Notes: generated from the sequence alone by a model not told the origin. DNA of 64,000 bases from Thecamonas trahens ATCC 50062 (GCF_000142905.1 NW_013657620.1:124001-188000), one strand, 5' to 3'; counted from the stretch's first letter, positions 1-11,312 are shown. Made by a program: numbers and translations.

Positions 1-2
1 AT

Positions 3-2168
3 TCGTCCGACTTGTCATGGGAGCAGGTTCGGGTGCATGCACCTAATGGGGGTGAGAAAAATATTGATGGTGATGGGCATCATGATGGTTCGGAACAAGC
101 AGGAGACTCGCACCACTCGGCATTGCCGCAACAACCTATCACAGTGCAACCACTGGTGCATGTGTCGCAAGCTTGTGATGCTCTGCTTGGAAGCCATCGC
201 ATCGCGGCTTGGAGATCGTCAGTGGCGTGGGAGAACGCGTGTGGCACGTGCTGGAGTCAGAGACTGGCCGAGAGAGATCCACCGTCGTCAGCTTGCGCAC
301 TGGGCGCGGCAGATGGCAAGGCAAGTTGCTGGCAGGTCCGCATCAACCCACATTTGTTCGACGACTCGCAGCAGAAGATTGCGCTTGCTTCCGGCGTGAT
401 CGAGCTGGTCGGACCGAGCGCCAACGAAGCTGTGACAGACATCAAGGCCGAGTGGGAGGCAGATGGCCAGTCGCGGTTGCAGGGGAACCGAGCGATTCCG
501 CCGCTGGCGTGGCTCGGTGCGCTGGAGGCCGACGAGGAGGCGAGCTGCGCCGAGACTGTTACTGATGACTCGCTGGTCTTGCTTGCACGCTGGGACGTGA
601 CCAATGTGTTCCACACAATGGAGGACATGATTACCATGTTTGAGCACGCGCTACTCCTACAGGTCCATCCTCGGTCGCTGCGGCTGCTCCTGGCCGACGC
701 GTCGTGGAAGCCAGACGGCCCGTTCTTCCAGCTCTGGTCGCAGCTGTTCTCACCAACACCACCTCGGCGGATTTCGGATCTTGACCAGCCGATCTGCGCT
801 GCACAGGCTGTGCTGCCGATTTTTGCCGGGGCATCAATCTTTGGTCATCCGACCTCGGGCAAGCCGCGGATGTGCGGATCGGCAGTGGTCCGGGCCTTTG
901 CTGACTATGTGCGGGCGGCGCTTGGCGTGCCACCGCCACCCCCGCGCGCACCAGCGTGCACCCCAGCACAACCATGCACCGTTATCTGGATCGACCGCAC
1001 CGAGCCGGCCAACGCTACTCATCGCTACAACCGTCAGCTCTCTCGCGACGACACGGCGGCGTTCATTCAGTTCCTGCGCGACCACCTTGGCGTTAGCTAC
1101 TCTGTTGTGGCGGTCGACCTCGAGAGGATGGCCATTGAGGACCAGATCCGGATGGTGGCTAGCTCGCGGGTGCTGATGGGTGCCCACGGCGCCGGCCTAA
1201 CCCTCTCGCTCTTTCTTCCGCGGTATACCGCCGGCAACGGCGCGTCGCTTGTGGTCGAGCTCCCGACCCGTGACGTCAATTTGCACTACCACAACATGGC
1301 GACGGCGCTCGGGCACGACTATGCCGCGGCCGACACAATGCTGCGACACTCGGCGGAGAGGTATACGCTAGATGTTCCGCTGCTGTGGCGTGAGTGCTTG
1401 TCACATGCACTGGGCATACTCGAGGCGGCGCCGACCGAGTTCCTACGAGCAACACGAGCCGAGGCCGCGCGCCCCACCTCTGGCCGGCAGCTCTGCCACA
1501 ACATGACCGCCAACCTTGGCCTCCGCCTGGCGGTACCAGATGAGCCACACTATGCGCCGCTGTATGCAGGAAAGCGATCATTGCGGGTCCTTCTTGTCGG
1601 CGACTCGCTGACCAAGGGCTATCTGATGCCCCGGCCCGATCCGCCAGCAGACTCGCACCACCCATACGCCCGCCGGCTGCGGGCGCTCCTCACCGATGCT
1701 GCGCTCGTGACGGTGGTCGCCGAGTCTGGCTACACCGCGCGTCAGATCACAATCTTGGTTGAAGCCCACCTCACAGATCCGAGCACGCCGTTGTACGACG
1801 TCGCGATTGTGTTGGCTGGCACCAACGACGTCGGCAGAACGCCGTTCCCCCAAGCTCGCACCGACCTCTGTGACCTTCACAAGCTCCTCCTCGAGCACCT
1901 ACCCCGGACTGTGGCACTAACGCTCCCGGGCCTTCCACCAAGCTATACCGACCGCCTCACTGCCACCAACACGTACATTGCCGAGCAACTCGCGGCCGAT
2001 GTCGATCCAACCCGCGTGAGCGTCTTTGATCTCGCCAGTGCCGTCCCCCACCCCAGCGAAGACGCCAGTCCAGCCATCGCCGCCCTCTGGCTCCCCGACG
2101 GCGTCCATTTTACACCCACCGGCTACGACGTTGTGGGCGAGTCCATCTTCTACGGAGTCTTTGCCTGA
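3..2168 (+). CDS. Glycosyltransferase family 61 (EOGT/DUF563-like) fused to a C-terminal SGNH/GDSL hydrolase; 5'-partial
   Basis: Frame is open from the window edge. GT61 motifs: NVFHTMED, WIDR...YNRQL, EDQIRMVASSRVLMGAHGAGLTLSLFLP...VVEL. SGNH blocks: LLVGDSLTKG (I), SG (II), LAGTND (III), PDGVHFTPTGY (V). Confidence 0.85.
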   Translation, partial: SSDLSWEQVRVHAPNGGEKNIDGDGHHDGSEQAGDSHHSALPQQPITVQPLVHVSQACDALLGSHRIAAWRSSVAWENACGTCWSQRLAERDPPSSACALGAADGKASCWQVRINPHLFDDSQQKIALASGVIELVGPSANEAVTDIKAEWEADGQSRLQGNRAIPPLAWLGALEADEEASCAETVTDDSLVLLARWDVTNVFHTMEDMITMFEHALLLQVHPRSLRLLLADASWKPDGPFFQLWSQLFSPTPPRRISDLDQPICAAQAVLPIFAGASIFGHPTSGKPRMCGSAVVRAFADYVRAALGVPPPPPRAPACTPAQPCTVIWIDRTEPANATHRYNRQLSRDDTAAFIQFLRDHLGVSYSVVAVDLERMAIEDQIRMVASSRVLMGAHGAGLTLSLFLPRYTAGNGASLVVELPTRDVNLHYHNMATALGHDYAAADTMLRHSAERYTLDVPLLWRECLSHALGILEAAPTEFLRATRAEAARPTSGRQLCHNMTANLGLRLAVPDEPHYAPLYAGKRSLRVLLVGDSLTKGYLMPRPDPPADSHHPYARRLRALLTDAALVTVVAESGYTARQITILVEAHLTDPSTPLYDVAIVLAGTNDVGRTPFPQARTDLCDLHKLLLEHLPRTVALTLPGLPPSYTDRLTATNTYIAEQLAADVDPTRVSVFDLASAVPHPSEDASPAIAALWLPDGVHFTPTGYDVVGESIFYGVFA

Positions 2169-2371
2169 CACTCCCGCCATCAAGCCCGCTGATCATAGCC
2201 GACCTTACCAACTGCGACACACAACCAACAACATTCCAAATTGCTCGGCCTGCTTCCATTGCCCCCTCCCACAACCAGCCACCAACACCGACACCGACAC
2301 CAGCACCTCACCCTCCTCCCCCCCCCTCCCCCCCCCCCCCTCCCTTCCTCCTCCTCATCCCTACCACTGCA

Positions 2372-4141
2372 ATGACCACCCCAGCCTCCTCCACCATTCT
2401 TCCGTACCGCCCATGGCAATGGGCATTGACCGGGGCCTCTGTGGCCGCCACCGCCTGCGCCTGGACGTACATCTACCTCCAGCTGCGGAAGCCAGCATCA
2501 TCGTCATCGTCATCGTCATCGTCATCATCATCATTATCATCGTCGGTATCACTGGTGATGTCCACGGCCACATCCACGAGCTCTACGCTCTGGATCGAGA
2601 CGGCGTCGCTGCCGGCCATCGGACTGGCACCTGCTCTGCTGCCGCCGTCGCGGGTGAGTGTGGTGTATGAGGCCGATGGGGTAGCAGACGCGCTGCATGA
2701 GCTCGGATCGCCACAGGTGGTGGGTATGGATATGGAGTGGCGGCCGACGAGCGTCTCGCGGGTCGCCCTCATCCAGCTCTCCACCCCGGAGGTGGCCATC
2801 CTACTGCCTGTTTGTGCCTACCAACAGGGCCTGCCACTGGAGCTGGTAACCTTCCTGCAGTCGCCGGAGATCATCAAGGTTGGAGTTGGGGTTAACGGCG
2901 ATGTCCGTCGACTGCGTGCGTCGTACGGAGTGACCATGCGCGGCGCGCTGGATCTACAGGCGCTGGCGAGTGGGTATGGGCTCATCGAGGGCGGCATGGG
3001 CCTTCGCCGCATGGTCGAGAAGTTTTGTCAGCCGGCGACGCTTGCCAAGCCCAAGCATCTGCAGTGCTCAGACTGGGAGGCGCTCCCATACTCTTCAGGA
3101 CAGATTGCATATGCAGCAACCGACGCACTGGCGGGTATCCTCATATTCAACGCGCTCCGCGAGGCTATCGACGCTGACGCCCCTATTGCCAACCTGGTGC
3201 GGCAATGGCTCGACCGCAAGCTGCATGTCTCACGAAAGAAGAAGAAGGAGAACAAGGGCAGCGGCAGCGGCGGTGACTCGGCGTCATCTAGCAGCGAGGG
3301 CAAGAAGTTCTACGCCAAGGCGCGATCGTCGGCCCGCGATGGGCCGCTCTACGACAACTGCGCCATCCTCGCGCCGGACGGCAAGACGTTTATGGCGTAC
3401 TGCTCGCGACGCAAGGTCGATTGGTACGTTTCGCGGTCGCTGGCGGAGCTGATCGAGACCGATCCCCCGACGATTCGACTCTTGTTCGAGCCCAAAGGCT
3501 GCGGACACGCCAACGATCCGTTCTATTCTGCCAAGAAGACCAGTGAGTGCGTGGTGTGCGGAGCGAGGGAAGAGCTGTGTCGGTATCATGTGGTGCCGTC
3601 GGCATATCGCAAGCACTTTCCGTCGCGGCTCAAGTCGCACTCGTCACACGACGTCGTGCTGCTCTGTGTCGATCACATGGCGGTGGCCAATGCCAACGCG
3701 GCATCAATGGTGGCAGAACTTGTCGCCCACTACGGCGTGCCCGAGTCAGGAATCGGCGAGGCCAAGGTCGTGAATCCGGCCAAGCGTGCGGCGCAGTCAC
3801 ATGCCCGCGTCCTTGTCCGCCATCGCGCTGGCAGTGTCCAGCTCCCGCCGGAGCGTGTCGACGAGCTCTACGCCGAGCTCTCTGAGCTGCTCGGCGTGCC
3901 TCGGGATGAAATCGATCTCGAGGCCGTCCTCCGCACTGCAATCGCCGAGCCAAATCCAGACTGGATCTCACACGGTGCCGCCGTCGTCGCCCGTGCTGTC
4001 GACGAAGGCCAGGCCGATGGCCTCACCTACGACGAGGCCATCCACGCCCTTGTCCGGCGCTTCCGGGTCGCCTTTCTCGAGGGCAACCAACCACAGTTCC
4101 TCTCCGAGGCCTGGTCTGTCGACCATGTCGATCAGGCTTGA
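2372..4141 (+). CDS. EXD2: EXD2-like 3'-5' exonuclease (N-terminal TM anchor, DEDDy exonuclease, C-terminal HNH-like domain)
   Basis: VVGMDMEWRP (ExoI), KVGVGVNGD, SDWEA...IAYAATDA (ExoIII). C-terminal LYDNCAILAPDG, CVVCG, HVVPSAYRKHFP, KSHSSHDVVLLC. Hydrophobic N-terminal segment. Confidence 0.92.
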   Translation: MTTPASSTILPYRPWQWALTGASVAATACAWTYIYLQLRKPASSSSSSSSSSSSLSSSVSLVMSTATSTSSTLWIETASLPAIGLAPALLPPSRVSVVYEADGVADALHELGSPQVVGMDMEWRPTSVSRVALIQLSTPEVAILLPVCAYQQGLPLELVTFLQSPEIIKVGVGVNGDVRRLRASYGVTMRGALDLQALASGYGLIEGGMGLRRMVEKFCQPATLAKPKHLQCSDWEALPYSSGQIAYAATDALAGILIFNALREAIDADAPIANLVRQWLDRKLHVSRKKKKENKGSGSGGDSASSSSEGKKFYAKARSSARDGPLYDNCAILAPDGKTFMAYCSRRKVDWYVSRSLAELIETDPPTIRLLFEPKGCGHANDPFYSAKKTSECVVCGAREELCRYHVVPSAYRKHFPSRLKSHSSHDVVLLCVDHMAVANANAASMVAELVAHYGVPESGIGEAKVVNPAKRAAQSHARVLVRHRAGSVQLPPERVDELYAELSELLGVPRDEIDLEAVLRTAIAEPNPDWISHGAAVVARAVDEGQADGLTYDEAIHALVRRFRVAFLEGNQPQFLSEAWSVDHVDQA

Positions 4142-4194
4142 AATCACCCTTCCGCCCCAGCCATCACTCAGCCATGCTCCCCTCTGCAGCCGGC

Positions 4195-4239
4195 GGACCG
4201 ACCGGACCGACCGGACTGACCGGACCGACCGGACCGACC
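4195..4239 (+). repeat. Tandem repeat, 5 x 9 bp (GGACCGACC; third copy GGACTGACC)
   Basis: Read directly from the sequence; intergenic between EXD2 and the large surface-protein gene. Confidence 0.95.
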
Positions 4240-4555
4240 GACCCCGCCATTCCCGCCAGTCACTCCCCCCTTCCCGCCACGACCAAGAACCAGCACTAGC
4301 TACACCCCCCTCCCCCTCCCCCTCTCCCCCTCTCCCCACCACCCACAGCCTTTTTTTTTGCACACACGTGTCTCTGTGTGTGTCTTTGTGCGTGCCTGTG
4401 TGTGTGTGTGTGTGTGTGTGTGTACCCTACCCCGTCCGCCTTCCCCAACACCCGCAGGTCGTACTTTTGGCAGAGACACCCCCGCCACCCCCACCCCCGC
4501 CACCACCACCACCACCACCACCACTACTACCACTACCACTACCATTGCCACCAAC

Positions 4556-4691
4556 ATGGAAGTGGTCTCAGTAGTTTCTGCTCTATCCTCCCCCCTCAAG
4601 ACATCCCCTTCCTCATCCGTGCTCTCTCTGGACATGCAGCAGGAGAAAGGGGGTAGGCTGCTCCACAGCTCACCACTGCCGCCACCACCAC

Positions 4692-4747
<56 letters not shown>

Positions 4748-4836
4748 GCTGCTGCTACTACTACTACTACTACTACTGTCGCCGCTGCTACCACCACCAT
4801 CACTGCTACCACCACTGCCACTGCCACCACATCTGC

Positions 4837-4874
<38 letters not shown>

Positions 4875-7800
4875 CGGGTGCACGGTCGTGTGCTCGTGGC
4901 TGGGGCTCGGGAACAGGCAACACACGCTCGCGGTCAGTCACCCCTGTCTACAGGGGGCGGACCCTTGGCCTGGTGGTGTTGGTCGTGCTGATGGCCGGGC
5001 TGGTCCAGCCTTCGCATGCGCTGGTCAATCAGTGGATGTTTGCGGGCTCGGGCCATTGGGCAGAGAGCGCAAAGTGGCAGACGGGAGTGCCCAAGGTTGG
5101 TGAGTCGGTGTACATTGGCTCGGCGCCTGGGACTCCGCTGGAGGTCTTTGTCAACGCTTCGACCGCCACTATTCTGCATCTGGGCGTCGGGTCGGTCTTT
5201 GGCTCGCCCGGTGGCGCTGTGCAGCACACGCTCAACATCCAGGACGGAGCCGTCCTCCGCGTCCTCCTCGAGTGCACGGTCGAGGCGCAGGGCGTCATTG
5301 TCGTCGATGCTGGCGGCGTGCTGGACATTGGCGACGGAATTATGACGGTCAAGGGCTCGCTCGTCATGAACGGCGGCACTCTCCTCGGGCGTGGGAACGC
5401 TGCCAACGGCATCACCTTTGTCACCGGCAGCTTTGCCTCGCTTGTCTTCAATGTCTCGTCGATTATCGACTCGCGCCCCATTGTCGCCTCCAACGGCTCG
5501 ACCGTTGTCTGGCACGCGCAGCCGATTCTGTTTGGCAACTCGGAAGCCAACGGCGAGGCCCGTCTTCAGCTCTCGCTGAACTCGCGACTGGTTCTCTCGC
5601 CGCCCAACGGTGGCGCTGCGCCCAACGCCACCGTCGCCTGGGATCCCGCGCTCTCGATCGGCCGCGTCGGCTCACTTGCGCTCACCACTGGCGCTTCGCT
5701 CATTGATCCGGTCGGCACTGCGGTGACCGTGGCAGTCCCGCTCTCGCTCGACTCTGGAGCTAGTGTTGCGCTCAACAGCGCATCAAGCCAGCTTGCGCTC
5801 GACTCGCTGGTGCTCGGTGCCGATGCCGTGCTGACTGGCGTGGTCGGGGCCAGCTACCATCTCGACGCCCGCGCGTCGGCAGCACTCACAGTCACCGGCT
5901 CCGGCATCAAGCTTGGTCCGGTCACTGCACCGTCACCGCCGCTGGCCCACCCGCCGACGGCAGCCGCGGCGCTCTCCTTTGTGGTCACCACGCCACTGGG
6001 TGTGAGCATGAGCAACGCATCACTGACGGTGACTCCTGGAGGGTGGCTGCGGCTGGCAGGCGGCAGTGTGGTCAACACTGCTCCGCTCGCCCCGTCTTCG
6101 CTGTCGGCCGATGGCGACGGCGCGTTTGTATCGGTGGAGGCGAGCCCGTCGCCGGTGCCACGGCTGCTCACCGGCGGCGTCATGCTCGGCGCGGCGAACA
6201 GTGGCCGCCTCGACTGGGGCACCCTGATCCATGCTGTGGCACCCGGTGCTGCGCCGCCGACTGTTTCACCCGGCGGCCTTGTTCTCGACGGTGGCTTGGC
6301 GGTAGTGGCGCCCGGCGCCGGACTGGCGTTTGAGACCGCGAGCCCGGTCACCGACGCTGGCGCCTGGCCGACCTTTACGGTCGGCAACGGCTCGAGTCTG
6401 ACGGTCAACTTTGCGCCGTCGCCGGCGCCGTTCGAGGCGACCCAGGTTCTGAGCTCAACGTCGTCCGGCGTGACTTTTCTCGCCGGCTCGCTCAACGTCG
6501 CTGCTTCGGGCGAGATCGTCCTTGCCGGGCCCGGTTCGCTCGCAGTTCTCGGCCCGTCGTCGACAGTGGGCGGCAAGATCTCGTTCGGATCGGGCGACTC
6601 GGGCGTTGTCCTTGGCTGTCCAGCATCACTCGCGACATGCGCGGCGACTCCCACACGTGCTCACACGCTCGCTGCCCAGCTCGACAACTCGGCGGCGGGC
6701 GGGACCGGTGGGAGCGTGGCAGTCCTTGGTGCCGGCACATCGCTCACGCTTGCGCCGTCGCCAGCACCCGTCTTTGCAGGCGGCTCGCTGATAGTTGCGC
6801 GTTCGGCGTCGGTGGCGCTTGGCGACGACACGTCGTTTATCCCGCCGACGCTCGTTGTCGGTGGCCCGGCAGCGTCGACGTTAAGCGTCGCGTCCGCGTC
6901 GACGCTCGCAGTCGAGAGCCTGCGGCTTGTGGCGGTGGAAGGTGAGACCACCGGCGGCAGCCTCACTATCACTTCGGGAGCGCTGCAGGTGGACTCGAGC
7001 TTGGCCTGGGAAGCCGGGGCGGTGACGCCTAGCGCCGGAGCGTCGCTGCGTTTAGCGGGCGGCTCGACGGGGACGGTATCATCGGACGCATCGCTGACGC
7101 TGGGCGGCGGCACGCTGGTCAATCAGGGCACGCTCACGCTCCGAGACAACGGCACGCTCACGTTGGCAGACACGGCCGAGATTGTGACGACAGGTATGAT
7201 TATCCTTGGCGACAATCGGGTTATCGCTGCGGCGACGCCGTCGGCGGCAGCCAGTGCAAGCCTCCCGGGCGTGAGACTTGGTGCGGCTGGCAGGATTAGC
7301 GTGCCTGCAGGAGCACCGACGGTCGGTGTGTACCTGACGTACCAGGCGACGGCGACATCGGTGAGCGTGGGCAGCGGTGCCAGCCTGCGTGTGGTCGGCG
7401 GTGCGTCGTTTGCGGCGCCAATCACGCTCGCGTCCGGCGCACGTTTGGTGCTCGGCGCGAGTGATTCGGGCGTCGGCCCGGCTACCGCAACGGTCACGGT
7501 GCCGCGAGCCACGATTTCCGGTTCGGGCACGCTGGTTGTGGGTGGCGAGACGACAGCGACGGTGGCGGCGAGCGTGCCTGTGGCGCTCGACGCCATTGAG
7601 GTCGCCGAGTCAGGGACGCTCACGCTTGTGACGGGTGTGGCAGATCTGTCGGCGCTCAACCGTGTGACGATCAGCGGGTCCGGCACGCTCAACGTCGGCA
7701 TCCCGCTTAATCTAGCGTCGCTGGAGGTGACCGAGAGTGGCTCGCTTTACACGGCGGCGCGTGACGTGAGCGTCAGCGCGTCGTTCACCTTTGGGTCTGG

Positions 7801-10201
7801 ACTCATCTCGTCAGGGGCTGGCCCGTCGCCGGCGCCGGCGCCGTCCGGTGCGACTCTCGGCTTGGGTGCCGGCTGCGCTGTGGCGTTGGTCGACAGTGCA
7901 GGCGCAGGTGGTGCCAAGACGATCGACGGGCTCGCGCTCGAGGTTGCGTCGACGAGCGCTACCTGGAGGAGCAACGTTGGCGCTGTTATGGCGTCGCCGT
8001 TGGCGCTCTCGCCAACAGCCTCGCTCGCGATGCTTGCAGGCGCTGTTCTAGAGGTCTCATCGCCATTCGCAAGCGTGGCGACCAACGGCGCAGCTGGTGC
8101 TGCGCTGAGTCTCAATGCTGGCGCACTTGTCAATGTCACCGGTGGTGTGTTGACAGTGAGTGTGCCGACGACCATAGATGGCAGTGTGGCGCTTGCTGAC
8201 TCGGCGTCCTCGCTTGCTGTGACGGGCGTCACGAGCTGCGTCCTCGGTACGACCGGGAGCATCACTGGGCCGGGCCCACTGAGTCTCGGCGGCGATGCCA
8301 CGCTGAGCGTGCCTATGGGCGCGACTGCATTTTCGCCGCGGCTTGACGCAGACGGCAGCATTGTAGTCGGGAGCGGGGTCGACCTGGAGATTGTGGGCGG
8401 CGGGGTGAGCCGCGGGCGGGTCGAGCTCGGCCTTGGCGCGACGCTCACGCTGGCGTCGACAGTGTTTGACCTCGCACCGGGTTCGCAGCTAGTGCCAGGA
8501 AGCGGCGGTTCGACAACGGGCGCACAGGTTGTGTTTGGCGCGGGCGAGACGAGGCTCGGAGGCGAGTACGGCTTCGCCAGCCTCAATGTTACCAACGCCG
8601 CAAGCACGGTGGTGGTGACGAGCGGCTCGGGCGCGGCGGCGACGGTCGAGACGCTCCAGCTTGCGGCCGGGTCACTCGGCCTCGAGCGTGAGCTGAGGGT
8701 GGCCACGGCGCTGGCCTGGTCGGGCGGCGCAGTGTATGGCAGCTCTTCGCTGGTTGTGAACGGAACCGCGACTATGACGGGCGCAGTTGCGGCTGGCAAC
8801 GCGGCGCAAGTGACGCTCCACGGACCGAGCCAGGTGACTGGAAGCGACGTGGCGCTGTCTGGTGGCTCGCGGCTGGTCTGCGGCACCGGGTGCACGCTCG
8901 ATTTTCCGGCTTGGTCGATTGCGATGGGCACGGACGGAACAGTTGCAGCCGACGGTGGAGTAGTGCGAGTGCCAAGCGGTGGGCAGCTAGCGTCGGCGGG
9001 CGAGCTCGGGCTCGTGGTGTCGGCGGGTGGGCGGGTGGCGAGCAGCGGAAGCCTCGAGCTAGGCAGCGGACGTGTGAGCGTGACGAGCGGCGGGAGCCTT
9101 GTTGTCGATGGCGAGTCGGCAAGCGTGAGCATGGCCGGCGGCGATGTGAGCGACGGTAGCGTGTCGGGTGTGGGCACGCTTCGGTGCAGCGAAGGTGGGA
9201 CGCTGAACATCGCTGCCGGCGGCGTGTTGCGGTCTGGGCTGGACATGGCAACTAGCGTGTTTGGCAACTCGACGTACGGGGCTGGGACGGTACTGAGCGT
9301 GAGCTGTCGGGTGGCGGTGGCCAAGGATGCGACGCTGCGTGCGGATGCAGCGGCGCGGCGGACGATTGCGGTTGATCGCGGGTTGGCTATTGTCTCGCAA
9401 AAGGTGGTCATCGAGCTGAGCCACGAGTCGAGCTCGGTCTGGGCGCCGGAGCGTGGCTCGGTGTTCCCTGTGGTGACGCTCGGCGGCGGGGTTACAGACG
9501 GCGACGGTGCGAACGTTGCCAACGTGGCGAGCGCGTTTGCACTGCGGTCGTCGCTGACGGCGCCTGCGGCGGTTGTTGCCAGCGCCAGCGCAATCTCTGT
9601 CCTGCTCTCGCCGGGATGCGAGGCCGAGTGCCACTCAGCGGGGACATGCGACGTGTTCACTGGAGCGTGCGACTGCTTTGCAGGCTTTAGCGGCTCTGCA
9701 TGTCAGACCAACGTTGTGGCATGGGCCGTGGTGATCCCGCTGGCGGCAATTGGGTTTGTGGGCGGGCTGGTGCTCGGATACCTCGCTTGGTCGGCGAAGA
9801 AGCGCGACGCCCAAACGGCGCAAACGCTCGACCGCAAGGTTTCGAGCCTGATGTTTGGCGACGGGGCCAACAGTGTCGGCGACCAGGCTGGCGGCGACAC
9901 ACAGGAGGCGGTCAAGCCGATCGCACCGCCACTGATCTCGCAGGCTGTGGCGGCGGCGACAGCGGCCGGCGGCGGCATGTCCTCGACTGTGTTGCGGCCC
10001 GAGGGCGGCGAGAGCGGCAGCGACGACGACAGTGGGCGCGGCAAGGCTGAGGTGAGCGACTCGTCGGAACTCTGTGACGAGACAGAGCGATCTGTCGGCG
10101 ACGGATCGTACTACTACTCGGACTACGAGAGTGAGGATGGGCCGAGTCGCGGACAGGACCGCGTGACCGACATTCCACCGCTGGTGATGTCGCCGCTGTG
10201 A
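4556..10201 (+). CDS. Large type I membrane surface protein: Gly/Ser/Ala/Thr-rich beta-helix (autotransporter-passenger-like) repeats, EGF-like domain, TM helix, acidic cytoplasmic tail
   Basis: First in-frame ATG at 4556 (start uncertain). Signal-like TLGLVVLVVLMAGLVQPSHA. WxxxGSGHWxxxxKWxxGVP motif followed by many GTLT/GSLT/WxGG beta-strand repeats. CEAECHSAGTCDVFTGACDCFAGFSGSAC (EGF), then TM VAWAVVIPLAAIGFVGGLVLGYLAW followed by KKR. Confidence 0.8.
4692..4873 (+). repeat. (GCT)n / (ACT,ACC)n trinucleotide microsatellites encoding poly-Ala / poly-Thr
   Basis: Read directly from the sequence. Confidence 0.9.
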
Positions 10202-10239
10202 GAGGGCGCGGCTTCTTGTTAATGATATATGCAGGAGAG

Positions 10240-11079
10240 CTAGTGCATGTCGTCGTCCGAGTTGCCATCGAGGATGCGCTTCGTAAAGGCAAAGCCGGCA
10301 AAGATGGCGCCGTTGACCGGGACGGCACGAATGACAGCAGGCAAGTAGCCGCGGTAGAAACCGGCAATGCCTGAGTCTGCGAGGATGCCACGGGTGGCGG
10401 CGATGGTGGAGGCGTACTTGCGAGCAGCAGGCTCGGACGGCTGCGACTGCATGACGGTCTTGACCATTTCGAGCGGGTAGATTGGAGCCCAAAACATGCC
10501 GCCAGCGAGCGATCCGGCGAGGAACGAGGTGAGCACGGTGGGGCGCTCGTCCGGGGCAGTCAGGGTCTTTGTAGCCCAGTTGAACGAACCAAAGTAGAGC
10601 GAGAATGCCGGGACGTTGCGAGCGATGGTGGCGGTGACGCCCTGGTACCAGCCACGGATGCCGTGCGCGCGGAAGACCTTGCCGGCAGCGTCAAAGACGC
10701 CCGAGTACTCGTGACCAACAGCATCCTTGGCACCGCGCTGGACCTGCAGCTTGACCTTGAACAGGTCGATGGGCGTCTCGACGATGGAGATGAAGCCGCC
10801 GGCGATGGCGCCTGCAGCAAACTGATCGGCGACCGAGAGGGTGTGCGGCGGGTCGCCCTCGGCGCGGGGCGGCTTGAGCGAGAGGAGCCACGACTTGGCG
10901 AGGCCGTTGATGAGGAAGAGGAAGGCGTTATGGGCGGCGGCGCCTGCCAGCGGCGAGGCGGCGCCCTTGTACAGGCCAGCCAGGCCCTCTTCCGCCAGTG
11001 TCTTGCGAGCACAGTCCATCATGCCCGAGTACATCTCGGCGCCGGCCACTTGTGTCTGGAGGCGGACCTTGATGGTGTC
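10240..11079 (-). CDS. Mitochondrial carrier (SLC25; carnitine/acylcarnitine or basic amino acid carrier-like), last exon; 5' exon probably lies in the assembly gap
   Basis: Three carrier repeats: [P]xDTIKVRLQ, PIDLFKVKLQ, PLEMVKTVMQ, with GLYKG, GWYQG, GFYRG; RAVPVNG. The exon begins GAC ACC ATC at 11079, immediately after a TAG acceptor (11082-11080). Confidence 0.9.
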   Translation of the reverse strand, partial: DTIKVRLQTQVAGAEMYSGMMDCARKTLAEEGLAGLYKGAASPLAGAAAHNAFLFLINGLAKSWLLSLKPPRAEGDPPHTLSVADQFAAGAIAGGFISIVETPIDLFKVKLQVQRGAKDAVGHEYSGVFDAAGKVFRAHGIRGWYQGVTATIARNVPAFSLYFGSFNWATKTLTAPDERPTVLTSFLAGSLAGGMFWAPIYPLEMVKTVMQSQPSEPAARKYASTIAATRGILADSGIAGFYRGYLPAVIRAVPVNGAIFAGFAFTKRILDGNSDDDMH

Positions 11080-11312
11080 CTACACCGCCATCCGCCGCCG
11101 ATTTGTGCCGAGGCAGTGCACAGCGCAGCCACGTCGCAGGCCGCCACGTGTCCGTCCCCAGCACCCAGTACCCAGCGCCCAGCCCCAGCGCCAGTCCCCC
11201 CCCCCCCCCCCCCACGCCCCCCCAGCCCCACCCGCCAGCCAGCCGACCACCATTCCATGCATTCCATGTCACCATGAGTCACATCCCCTTCCTCCCCGCC
11301 CCCCCCTCCCCC

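Noticed and set aside
7747-9660. 637-aa antisense ORF (similarly 15620-17044, 30517-31791, 36439-38115, 42619-43719, 48482-49606)
   Set aside because: These are shadow ORFs on the opposite strand of well-supported genes. They are expected at high GC with biased codon usage and show no recognisable motifs.
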